DNA of 64,000 nucleotides, from NCBI RefSeq assembly GCF_011386835.1, contig NC_088792.1, forward strand, positions 44,454,001 through 44,518,000, read 5' to 3'. The DNA is from Chrysemys picta bellii (taxonomy: Eukaryota). The notes beneath the pieces are model-generated. The model was not told the origin of the DNA. It saw nothing but the letters and a program-made list of their open reading frames with translations, and did no database searches. Of the stretch, positions 50,752 to 62,541 are shown one piece after another. Positions within the stretch are counted from its first letter, which is position 1. Every line of letters begins with the position of its first letter. A program made the position numbers and the translations under genes.

Positions 50752-50974
50752 CAGGGATCGGCAACCTTTGGCACGCGGCCTGCCATGGAAGCGGCGCGGG
50801 CTGAGGGATGCGCTGGCCGCTGCTTCCTGCAGCCCCCACTGGCCTGGAGCGGCGAACCGTGGCCAGTGGGAGCCACGATCGGTCGAACCTGTGGACGCGG
50901 CAGGTAAACAGACCGGCCCGGCCTGCCAGGGTGCTTACCCTGATGGGTAGCATGCCAAAGCTTGCCAATCCCTG
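50752..50974. mobile_element. hAT MITE, deleted copy of the 6244-6554 family
   Basis: CAGGGATCGGCAACC / TTGCCAATCCCTG; TSD CCCTACAG/CCCTACGG. Confidence 0.85.
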
Positions 50975-52159
50975 CCCTACGGAGTCAGACAAAATGCCCT
51001 TTCCCTAGAAGTAAATCCTGCCTCATCAGTTCCTGGACAGATTCCTGCATATGCTCACAAGCAGAAGTAATCCCTGTCTGCTCCTTGTAATGAGATGCTT
51101 GGTTTGAGATGGAATGTCTGAGGCCAGAATAATTTTATCAAAGGGAAAAAGCTATCCATGGATATGCAAGTTAGACAAACTGTCTGACCAAATGCACTTA
51201 CACTAAATTCTCTATCAGCAACTTGATATAGAGACTTAGTAATTTTATATGACATGTATATTGAATGGTACTGTCATATTGAATGTATTTTTCTTTAAGT
51301 ATTTTGCCATGTGTTTTAATCAACTACCTTCATGCATTTTGGAGAACAACAGAATAATGCGGTTTAAAAAGCAACCTAAAATATATATGCGATACCCACA
51401 GTTAGTTTAAATTATGTAAAAAAAAATCATTTTACTATTTTGAAATATATATGGCTTTGTCACAAATAAAAATACAATCTGCTCAGTTTTTTATTAGTGC
51501 ACAATTGTAAAAACAGTTCCTTCCCTCCTCATTTATATATTATATAATCTGTCTTCTAATTCACGTACAACTGGGAGATTTATATGTGACTAAACTGGAT
51601 TATTATGCTATCAATTACACTGTTTCTCATATAAAACCCACACAGAAGAGAACAAAACAATGTGAGGGATCAAATGCTTAAAAACATATTGCAACCAATT
51701 ATTGGCCAATTTACTTTTAAGTAAATGAGGTTCTTTCCTGGGCAGTTACACTCAGCAAAAGGTCCAGAGCTCTGAGTTTGACCAAGCTGATAAAACGAAT
51801 TGTTGGAGATGATAAATCCTACTAAAGACAACACACAGGTATTCTGTTTCCCACATCTGCTTTTTATTAGGAGAACACTAAAGCTGTCTGGAGGTTCTTT
51901 AAATATATGAAGTATAGGTCTTAACAGGTGTGCTTAATGTTGTCTAAATCATAACACCCTACTGAAAAAGCTGCAAATCTCACTGCCTCAGACTGTTCCC
52001 ATAAATACACAAGAGCTAGCTAAAAGTCAAGTTATTTTCTCTGCACTTTCAGAATTGTCAAACTGTTCAGAGTTTTAATAGTATCAAGCACTAATTTAAT
52101 CCAGTGAACTGCGCACTGAATAGAAAATGATTCCACCAGAAGTCTGAGGCCTAGTTAAA

Positions 52160-52400
52160 GCACTGGACTGAGAGGCAGGAGATCTATTACAACTAGACCA
52201 ATGACTTGCTCTGGGATCTTGGCTAAGTCACCTAAACCCACATTTCCAAATCCCCTGTGCACCCCATAACAATTCCTCTGGGAGTTGCTGCTTGGACTGT
52301 GAGCAGGCTCCCTCAATGTGGGGCTATGCCAATAAGGCAACCTGTGCTTAATATTCAGTAATATTATAATGAGGGGTATCCTAAAAGTGCCTAAGGTGTA
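52160..52400 (+). mobile_element. MIR-like SINE
   Basis: GGTTAAAGCAC-like head (CTAGTTAAAGCACTGGACTGAGA), GATCTTGGCTAAGTCACCTAAACC core. Confidence 0.6.
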
Positions 52401-52414
52401 CATATAGCTCTATA

Positions 52415-52602
52415 TACCTCTACCCCAATATAACGCTACCCGATATAACACGAATTTGGATATAACGTGGTAAAGCAGCGCTCTGGGGGGGCGGGGCTGC
52501 GCGCTCCGGCAGATCAAAGCAAGTTCAATATAACGCGGTTCCACCTATAATGCGGTAAGATTTTTTGGCTCCCGAGGACAGTGTTATATCGGGGTAAAGG
52601 TG
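52415..52602. mobile_element. Tc1/mariner (Tigger-like) MITE
   Basis: TACCTCTACCCCAATATAAC / GTTATATCGGGGTAAAGGTG termini, TA at both sides. Confidence 0.75.
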
Positions 52603-52932
52603 TATATGTATATAATATTCTCTACTTGTCAAAAGACAAGGAGGTTAGTGGGAGCAAGTGAGCAAACATGTTTGAATTATGGTCCTCTTATATTATTTTG
52701 GTATCTAGAGAGACTTAGAACTATGAGGTGGTAGAAGATTTGGAATGTCCATCAGTAGAACACTGCTAGACACATCCATGAGCTAACTAGCTGGCTGTGC
52801 TCTTGCATCCAGATAACTATTCACACAGCTGGTTCAAAACCAGTCACTTTGAACAATACACAGAAAACAAGCTATTCAGCTATGGAAACATACTATGGGC
52901 TTGATTCTCTTCACACCTACATGAGGGTAACT

Positions 52933-53200
52933 CAGGAGCGGCGCCAGGGTTTTTGCCGCCCTAAGCGGCAGCGCTCCTCCTCAGAGCATTCGGCAGTGGG
53001 GGTCCTTCCACTCCGTGTCTTCGGGGCACTTCGGCGGTGGGTCCTGGAGCAAGTGAAGGACCTGCCACCGAAGCGCCCCGAAGACGCGGAGCGGAAGGAC
53101 CCCTGCCACCGAATTGCTGCCGAGATGGCAAAATGCCGCCCTCCAAATCCTGCCGCCCTAGGCAACCGCCTAGGGTCATCTAGTGGAAGCGCCGGCCCTG
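52933..53200. mobile_element. hAT MITE
   Basis: CAGGAGCGGCGCC / GCGCCGGCCCTG; perfect TSD GGGTAACT (52925-52932, 53201-53208). Confidence 0.9.
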
Positions 53201-55255
53201 GGGTAACTGTTGACTTCAGTGGAGTTACTCTTGCTTCTGTGTTGGTGCAATTGAGAGGAAAATCAAGCCCATTCCGCTTTGTTACCTACTGCTTCTGGAA
53301 TGCAGATGAATAGACTAAATTAAACTGCAGGCTACCTACTGTTGTGGAAAGGCTTCAGTGGGGTTTCTTGGCTCTCCATCACTAAATATAAAGTTGCAGG
53401 GTGGGAGAAAGTGGGAGAACAAGTTGGAATTATTAAAAGAGAAATAGCTCAAGCAAGAGTTTTGCCTGCCAAAACAAACAGAACACATGATCAGGATCAA
53501 AGACACATTGGATATGGTCCAGAACTGATTTTACAGTACATTCATTTTATCTGCATTCTTGCTTGCACAATGCTGTGGACTGCCATATTTTGATAAAATA
53601 CTATTTTAAAGACAGAAAGAATCCTTTCTTTCCCTTTTGCTTATTTTCTATGTCCTTGACAGAATCTTGAAGAATTCATCCACTTTCTCTCTCATTAGAG
53701 CCTGCATCACAATCATGTTGCACCCACAAAACAGGGTACTTTGGAGTCAAGGTAAATTGAGGGTCAAAGACCCAGTTCTGCTGTAATTTCTGTAAGAAGT
53801 GATCACTACTTTGAAAATATTACCAAGACTGTTCTGAAACTGATCATTCCTCTTTCCAGAGTCTTAAGGAAGGACTGGTACCAGCACTTACATGTAAACC
53901 TTGCCAGATTAATAACAAAGTAAACTTAAAACTGGTCACCCAATATAAATAATTGAACTGGGGCCTGAGGCACCATCTAGCCATCTCCTCCTATCCAAGA
54001 CAACTGAGATCCTCTGGGCTGTCCTTATTTTCCATCCATTTTAAGGTTCTGTCTTGAATGGACTAAGAGCAGCACCTTCTCAATTCAGCATTCTGTCCTA
54101 TGATCCCCCTTCCCTGTTTATGTCCACCAGAGTCCTTCTGTAGTTTTCAAAGCTTGATATGAAGCCTCCCTTTGCAGCTCTGTTCAGCATTGCCCATTTT
54201 GGCCTTCCTTTATCACCTTTTCCTTTCTGGATTTCCTTTTCTCCTGTTTGTCAGATTGGCTCGGTTTTCTCTTTTTCTTCCCCCACCCCAAGCTGCTGGC
54301 TTCCATTCTTTCTAACTTATTGTTGCAACTTGGGTAGTCTCCCAGATGCCTTGTGATGGGTGGCACTCCTGAGTAAGTACCAGTTATACTTGTGCTACTT
54401 GCAAACAGAAGAGTTGGGGAAATAACTGCCGATGAAGACAATCCCCAAGCAATGGCTAGCAGTCAGCCTTGCAGTAGTTTCTGAAAAGCTTGCGTGAACA
54501 AATGCTGCTATACCTATGAAATCAAAAAGTGATGAGATGTTTTATATATCCCCTGGCCTTGTAGCAATTTGATGTGTCCACGTGGCAACATCATTCTTGA
54601 CAATCCATTTTGGTATGTACACACACGGTTTACCTGACAACTGTGATTGTATCAGTGCATTTTGGGACACCTTGTAAACCATGTTTTCAGGTACTATTGT
54701 TGAAAGCAGGGATTTTGGAATCATTTGCAAATGTGTACCTCACAAAGGGACAAAGTGAGGGAGACAGTTTGAACCAGCTGCAATACTTCTGGCTTACTAT
54801 CCCCACTGGGGAGAATCATTAGAGAATGCACTGGTTCAACAGACCTGACTAAAGATCTGTCAATAGATGTTGCAATCAAATCACACTATAAGAGTCATTT
54901 CTTGTAAAGTTCCCCAGACAGCGTAGACTGTAACTTTTTGGTATTGCTTAATGTAATGTATATTTACAACACCTTTTAACCTAATGTAGGCAGTGCCCAT
55001 AAAGGAAACTCTTGATTGTGTAATATGAACATAAATGTTATGCTAATTTTAAAGAATGTGGAAGAGGGAGACTACTCCCGTGTGTAACTACTCAATATTT
55101 TGTTACAGAAATGAAATGTTTAACAAACTAACCTGTAAAAATTTCTGCTACCAGTGTGATAGTATGACTGTACTCTTCAGTATGTCTGAAGAGTTCATAG
55201 TGTCAGTGCAAAGGTGGCTAGTGTAAGCTATTTTTACCTTCCCTGAGTTCCTGGG

Positions 55256-55670
55256 TGTCAGACCGCAGCTAGTCTGTTTACCTGCTAGCTTAACCCCCAG
55301 GCAGTTTAAGAGCCCAGCCACCTGACTGGTTAAACAGCACAACTGGTGGAGGGGATCAGCAGATATGTTCTTAAAACCAGCAGCAGGCCGCACTGGTTGC
55401 TCAAAGCATTTGACTGTGGATGCATTAGTCTCTGCTCCTGCCTTTTCCCAGCCCTGCTCCTATCTTCCCTGATTCCAAGTAACCCTGTTCTGACCTTTGC
55501 CTTGGATTTCTGGCTCTGACTCTACCTTGACCGTTGGCTTTGGCCTCTGGTTTCTGACTTTGATGCTGACCCTTGCTTCTGTTTCCCTGCTCTGGATGTC
55601 TGCTCCTATCATTAAGCCTGAGTCCTGCTCTGACAACCAGGCAGAACTGCCCATGTCCGGGTTTCCAACA
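55256..55670 (+). mobile_element. Probable old solo LTR
   Basis: TGTCAG...CAACA termini; flanks CTGGG/CTGTG; internal (CTGAC/TTGAC) repeats. Confidence 0.5.
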
Positions 55671-56155
55671 CTGTGTACTGGTCCGGTCAGCAGAAGGCTG
55701 CTCTAAATTATGGCAGTTGCCAATGGCTCTGGGGGGTCAATGCTGCAGGGAAATCTTGGTCACACCCATTTCCCAACCCTTTATATTTCTATGCAGGTTC
55801 AATGTCATTTGGCTGCTCCTTCAGTCACTGACCGTGCTGATTTTCAGATTACTTTGCACTGGAGGCGCAACACAAAGTGGAGTGGATAATCTGAGCCTCT
55901 TAATCTGTATGTCTGGAATTGCAGAACTCCGGAATTACTTTGGAATTTAGGAAGTGGCAGGGTTAAATCAATTCTTATTTGAAATTCTTGACATTTTCCC
56001 AAATATATTTTCTAAAACAGAACAGCAGTGCTTGCAAATATTTTGCATGTATAGAAAAGCTATTTAAAGTGTTCAGAGTAGCAGCCGTGTTAGTCTGTAT
56101 CCGCAAAAAGAACAAGAGTACTTGTGGCACCTTAGAGACTAACAAATTTATTAGA

Positions 56156-56195
56156 GCATAAGCTTTCGTGGACTACAGCCCACTTCTTCGGATGC
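56156..56195 (-). ncRNA. Minimal type I hammerhead ribozyme motif, sense to STEAP4 pre-mRNA
   Basis: GCAT-CCGAAGA-A-GTGGGCTGTAGTCCAC-GAAAGCTT-ATGC on minus strand. Confidence 0.65.
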
Positions 56196-56414
56196 ATACA
56201 GAGTGGAATAAATATTGAGGAGATATATATACACACATACAGAGAGCATAAACAGGTGGGAGTTGTCTTACCAACTCTGAGAGGCCAATTAAGTAAGAGA
56301 AAAAAGTTTTCTCTTACTTAATTGGCCTCTCAGAGTTGGTAAGACAACTCCCACCTGTTTATGCTCTCTGTATGTGTGTATATATATCTCCTCAATATTT
56401 ATTCCACTCTGTAT

Positions 56415-56454
56415 GCATCCGAAGAAGTGGGCTGTAGTCCACGAAAGCTTATGC
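56415..56454 (+). ncRNA. Minimal type I hammerhead ribozyme motif, mirror copy
   Basis: GCAT-CCGAAGA-A-GTGGGCTGTAGTCCAC-GAAAGCTT-ATGC on plus strand. Confidence 0.65.
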
Positions 56455-59400
56455 TCTAATAAATTTGTTAGTCTCTAAGGTGCCACAAGTACTCCTGTTC
56501 TTTTATTTAAAGTGTGCAATTTCTAAAAATAGTGTAATATCCTCAAGAAGAGAAATGAATAATAATAAATACTTTTGGACCCCTCGCAGCCCAAACCATG
56601 CCAGAGTTTCATATAAATATGGCAGCAATTATAATACACTGGATCCAATGAGATCACCTGCTAAAAACTGATTGATAAATGGTGTAAACAGTTCCCTAAG
56701 TATTTTATTACAATCTATCTTCTTCTGTCCATTATGTCAACACTATGAACAAGTTTCTTAGAGGTCTGGCTATATGACACTACACATTGGAGAGGTTGTC
56801 TGCTGGACATGCTGGACAGCAAAACAGTTGCTGGCATCACTGGAACTAGGATATTCTAAAGGTGTTGTCCCCACAATATAAGAACAAGAATTGCTGAAGA
56901 CAGGGCTATTCAGACCTAGTTGGTAATTAAGCAGTAACATAATGTTAACAACATGTTTATGATAACAACCCAGTTCTTTACTTTCTCCTGCATCGCCTTG
57001 TTAAAACAGCAGCAGAGCATGACTCAGTTCTGTGTCCAGGTGGACATTCCCAAAGCAACGTGGTACACTGTTTTCTACCTCCTGGCAGCTGGATTAAGGT
57101 CAGTTCTGCTCAGATTTACACCCAATGGATCTCAATTGACTTCAGGATGGCAAAACAGTTTGGGCAGAATTTGGGTCAATGCCTTGGAATTGCTCTCAGT
57201 CCCTGACTGCTCAGATATTTAGGGGACAATTCTCCTAAAATACACACAGCAAATCTAAATTCTGATATTCTCCTTTCCCGTTAACATTAATGGAAGGTCT
57301 GTACCAGCAGGGACAACAGAATATCAGTCTACTTCCATCACTTAAATCTGAAAAGAGAATTTTGCTCTTAAATACCATTGTTAGATACTGAAGTCAGGTC
57401 TCTGACACAACAGTGTAAAGCACTACCACTCAAGCTGTTTTATTAAGAGAAATGCCCCAATCAATGGTCATTTTGATTGATAAAATGCAGATTGAAGTGA
57501 GTGTTTAGAAAAAGAATAATCTCTTAAAATATGCCATTGTTTAATTTAAAACCAAATTATTCTGATCTAAATTGCCTATCAAAATAACAACCAATTACTT
57601 CCTGCAGCACGGCTTGTGGGTTTTTTTTCTTCTTAATCTGTTGTGAAACAGAAGGACTGGAGGTATCAGAAAGAAACCTTTTTGTTCTTACTCCTTTCCT
57701 GATCAAATAAGGTCAGTCACAAAGGTGTCTGTGCACGTAAACCAAGGCTTTTCAGCCACCCTGTCATTCTCTAATATCATTCATTGTTTCTTCGTTACAA
57801 CTGTACTCATAGCCCCTAAAGCCCCCTGTTAGTGTGGTTTAAACTAACTTCAACCTTCTAAGACCCAAAACATCTCCTCTGCCATGATCTCTCACATTTC
57901 AGGTGGAAAGAAATAAGTGGAATTAAACCAGGGATGAGCCTGACTCAGAGACCATGAGTTACTTAAATTCTATAATAGAAACTATGGTGGCTTCTCTCTG
58001 AAGACTGCTGCCACCCAATAATGGTGCTAAAGCAATAGAGATTTATAGAAACACCACATGATATTTCCTATATCCGTGTACTTTAGAATGTGATACATAA
58101 GACATAATGCTGATTTGGGTTTGTTCTGCTCTTAGCAATTTGGTGGCTGCTCTAAGCCCTGCAGGAGTTCTGGAGGTACAGTACTTTGAAAGTTAGGTCT
58201 CCATAGTAACATGATGAATGTCTAGCCAACCTTATGGACTGGTATCAGGTGCAATTCCCTTATTATTCCAATTCACCCTTATTCGCAATGCGAAGTAAAA
58301 AACAGTAATTTCCCAGTCCTGGAGTCAGTACATGTGTGAAACTTGAGTTGAAGTCAATGGGAGTTTTGTGTGTAAAATGACTGACTGTTAGGACATTTTA
58401 TTATGGCAGGTGTGGATAAACGGACAGTGAGTCTCCCATGCTGGAATTGATCTTGGGCTGTTCCTTACATGCCCTCTATCACAAAACAGATTTTAAAGTC
58501 TAGCTACAACTAGCCCTAAGTGTATGTATGTGCGCGCACACACACATTTTAAATTCAGTCTTATAGTTAATTTTGAGTTGGATTTTGTTGTATAAAGACC
58601 CCTGGCTTCACTTGAGAACAGGATTTTCCTGGGTGTTTAATGAATACAGCTTGACATTTTTTGGCTGAAACCTTTCCTGTTGAAAAATGAGGTTTCACTG
58701 AAAACAATGTGTTTCTTTAGGAAAATATCACTTTTGGTGATTTTTTTTTATTTTTTATGGGGAAATTTTGAAATGACATTTCAAATTGAAATTTTGTTTT
58801 AGTTTTGAAAGATGAAAAGAATTTGAAAGTTTTGCCCCCCATCTCCCTTGCCCCTCCTTTTTAGTGACTGAATACAATAACATGAATAATGTCCAAAGCT
58901 GCCCTCCCTTCTCTCCTCTCTTCCACCACCCCCCCTCTACCTTTTCCGAGCTTCTCCAACTTGGTCACTTTTGCAAAGTTTGAATTTCACTTTTCTGCTT
59001 GACACTTGGTAACTCTTCCAAAGTTGGAGAAGTTTTGAAAAGTTAGAGTGAAAAAAGGGAGTGTGGGTGGGAGTTGGGTAGGATGGTTCCTGGACATTAT
59101 TTGTTTTATTGCACTCAGTGACAAACAAGAATAAAGGAAGACAGTGAGTGTGAGGAGGGATACCCTAAAACTGGAAAAAAAATCTAGTCTTCAAAAATAA
59201 AAATGAAATTAAAATTTGATTTCAAATTGAAATAAAAATCATGTCATCCAGACAATTTCTTGAAAATCAAATGAAAAAATCACATGAAATAATTTTTTTC
59301 CCCTACCATTTGTTAGTGAGTATGTTTTGGAGCTGCTCTCTCCTTCCATTTTGTCCTAAGACAATCTCAAAATGAACTAAGAAAAGGGATTTGGATACAA

Positions 59401-60719
59401 AAGAGCAGGCTGAGAATGTACAGATCCTCAATATGATGCTTTAAAGTGTTTGTAATCTTCCTGTGTAGCACGAAGTGAGCTACTTTAGCCAGCTACGTGT
59501 CTTCTGTGTTCTAAGAAGGGAAGTAATTGGAACATGCTGTCTGGCCCACAGCTATACAAACATGTTAAGTACTTTTCACTCTGGAAGAAGAAAGTACTAG
59601 TAAACGTGATTTCGCATAGACTACTGAAATATTTTGGTGCAGTAAGAGTACTTTCTTAGTTATTACAATTTCATGCTATTCTGAATCATTACTATCAACA
59701 AATCCGGGAACTTTGGAAAGGTCATATCTCAAAAAAATAAAGTACAGCCTCAACCGCATGCATCGTTTTATAAAAGAACAAGAATCTGAATAAAATGTGC
59801 TGTACTTTGAGTAACATTTTATATGATTGCAGGTTTACAGGGAATATGAAATTTTCATATATCAAAGATAAGAATAGTTCTGACAGCCTCAAGTGGCCTC
59901 TGAATTAACAGTCTGGTACAAGTCATTGTTAAGGAAAAACCTTTTCCCTTCTGCAACAATGGAGACATTTGCTTATCAACCTATAAAATATAAATTTTAA
60001 ACAATAATACATTATTATTGAAACACTGATTTCTGACCATAGCAACAATGAAGTCCATATCGGAATCTGCAAAAGGAAAAAGAAATTTACAGTATCTAGC
60101 TATCCTTTCAACAACTGATGAGTTATAACTCCAGGATCAGGAAACTCAAATACCATCGGAATGTCTTTGCTTTGATTGCTAAAATCCAAAACAAAATTTC
60201 TGGTATTGTAGTTACCAAGAAACTCTGCTTTTCAGTCTAGTTAATATATATATATATATATTTTTAACAAAAGCCGTATTTCTGGGTGCTTTGCTTACTT
60301 CCTATGACAAATACCTTTAAAAGACTGAATAAACTTGGGATCAGATTTTGTGTTTTTATGAACTGTGTAACAGACAGACCTGATTTCCAGTCCACCGTTA
60401 ATTTTTATCTTACAAAAAAGTCCCAACAAATCTCTGGTGGTGCCCCTTTCCATCACCTCTTCGCGGGGAACATTTGTGAAAGGTGATTAACAGAGAAGAA
60501 AGAGACAGGAAACAAGCCATCCCTATGTATGTCACGGGGGAAAGTCAGGGCAAACTCATACGGGACCCTTTAGAAGTTTGAGTTCATGGCCATCTGAGTA
60601 GTGCAGACTTGGCAAAAATATAACCTGCCTCGGCTCAGGAAGGGCAGGGAGCAATTTTGCGAGCAGTCCCGCTCCGCTGGAGCTGCGGGAGGCGAGGGAC
60701 ACCTGAGAAATTTACTTAC

Positions 60720-60845
60720 CTCCCGCTCCCGCGACTCTCGGAGAGGGATGATGCCTGTAGTGAGCAAACCAGCGCCTCCCCAGCCGGGATCGGGTCGCTG
60801 CAAAAGCCGCGTCTCACAGCTTGGAGCGGAGTGGAAGAGCTCTGG
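60720..60845 (-). other. STEAP4: Putative non-coding STEAP4 exon 1 (5' UTR; start approximate)
   Basis: Ends GGGAG/GTAAGT at 60720/60719; about 25 nt below a TATA-like box; no ATG; exon 2 has only 2 nt of UTR, so an upstream exon is required. Confidence 0.7.
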
Positions 60846-60908
60846 GACTCGCGAGCCTCCCAGGCATTTATCAACCAGCGGGGAGGGAAGGAGGGGGGAG
60901 AGAGAGAG

Positions 60909-60971
60909 ATTTTGCAAGTCTGAGCACTGTGCAGGGTGAGAATTTCCCGGCAGCGCCCCAGGGAAAGCCCC
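60909..60971 (-). promoter_or_regulatory. STEAP4: CEBP, NF-kB and STAT-like motif cluster
   Basis: ATTTTGCAAG 60909-60918; minus GGGAAATTCTC 60948-60938; TTCCCGGCA 60944-60952; minus GGGGCTTTCCC 60971-60961. Confidence 0.55.
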
Positions 60972-62414
60972 GCAGCTGTGCAGGGCGAGAGAGGTCACGC
61001 TGGCACCGCCACGCGCCTGGCGCCCGGCCAGGTCTGGCTGAGCTCCCGCGGGCGCAGCAGCTGCACGAGCGGGGCATGGCTGGGGACACAGCACTGCAGG
61101 AGCGGGTGGGACATGGGGCCAGAGCCTCTTGGGCCTTCCAGCCCCCGCGGTGGAGCCCTAGGCCCGGGGCTGGCTCTGTGCCCAGGCCGGGAGGGGCAGC
61201 GTGTGGCTCTGGCTGACCGCGGCTGCCCGGCAGCGCTGGGGCAGGAGAGCGGCCCTGAACCTGGCCTAACTGAGGCCAAGGCCGGGCGGGGCTGGGCTCT
61301 GCCTGGGTCAGAACAGGGCAAGTGACAGGGCGGCTTCAAAACAGCCTGTGCCCTGCCCCTACCACCACCCAGCGCCAGGCACAGCCCCGGTGGGAACCTG
61401 ATCCCTTAAAAGTAGGGGTGGGCCTAAGGTGGGCCCCTTGAGATGGGGCCTTGCACCCTCCCCAAACTCAGCGGAGCTACTCTTGTTTAAGCCCTTCAGT
61501 GGCAGGATCTGCAGGTGTCTATGGCCCACCCTGGCTGGAAGGCAGCAGCAGTCACCTGTCACGCCCCTTGCGTGAACCTCACCATGGAGCCAGGAACATA
61601 ACAGCTAGTCCACTGGATTTGAGCAACAGGTTGTTTTCTGGGGCACATTAGCTCATAATTCTCCCATGTAGGGGACAAGCCTTCCAAATCTTCTCTGTAG
61701 CTGCCTCTGTGCTTTCTAGCAAGGCATTATATCAGAATAGAGGCTTTGGGCTGGGAACACATGCAGTGATTTTGACATTGTTGGAATTTCCCAATTATTA
61801 CTATATGCAAACACCAGAAAGTTGGCTGGCTTTGGTCTGTTTCCTGCCCAGTGATTTATTTGTAAAAGTCCTAGATGGGAACTGTTCGGAATGGCTGTGT
61901 TACGCAAATGTCCTGAAGCTGCAGATCCAGGGAAACAACATTTTGTAATGTATCTAACAAATGATAATGCAGGCGAAAGACAAATATACAGAGAGTGGGG
62001 AGCTATCAAGTGTTAAAAAGGGAACAGCTCATTCTTTTGGAGAGAGGGGGTGACTTTTCTAGCTACTTTCATCTAAATAAATCACTGGTCTTGCCCAACT
62101 TGATCACTACCTGAGAATATAAAGGGTGTCACTGTTCTCTTTGGAGAAAGTACAGCATTTAAGAGGTAAGGGGGAGAGGAGAGGGACACAATTTTTTTTG
62201 GGGGGTCAGAATCACACTGACACAGTAAGGGAATGGACACTAATGATGTTTGAGTACTTTCCTGTTTGCTATAATAAGTACTTTGAAGCAACATGCTATG
62301 CCAAACTAGCTCCCTTGGGATTCATGCCAATCACAAGACAATGAATTAGAGAGCTGGGAAGGGGAACAAGGCACAGTCTAAACAGTGCAGACTGTGGGCA
62401 AAGGAACTAGAGCC

Positions 62415-62541
62415 ACAAGGTGGGTGAGGTAATACCTTTACTGGACCAACTTTAATAACAGAAGTTGTTCCAGTAAAAGATATTACCTCATCCACTTTGT
62501 CTATCTAATATCCTGGGACCAACAGGACTACAACAACACTG
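62415..62541. mobile_element. Degenerate inverted pair of Penelope-like termini (family of 5355-5480)
   Basis: 62415-62452 AAGGTGGGTGAGGTAATACCTTTACTGGACCAACTT is inverted against 62462-62500. Confidence 0.7.

Larger units (their letters stand above)
56073..56503. mobile_element. Penelope-like insertion made of two inverted terminal repeats
   Basis: Arms 56106-56303 and 56307-56504 are reverse complements (1 mismatch at 56115); 12-bp TSD TATTTAAAGTGT (56061-56072, 56504-56515). Confidence 0.92.
60640..61420. promoter_or_regulatory. STEAP4: CpG island, STEAP4 promoter
   Basis: CpG-dense segment 25 kb upstream of the coding exons with a TATA-like GATAAAT (minus, 60872-60866) and a strong donor site. 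Confidence 0.75.

Noticed and set aside
54184-54520. TATA-like GATATATAAAA with a downstream Lys-rich 85 aa ORF on minus
   Set aside because: Low complexity, no domain, no supporting exon structure; unclassified.
60570-61339. Overlapping 70-174 aa ORFs
   Set aside because: CpG-island artefacts of the STEAP4 promoter.
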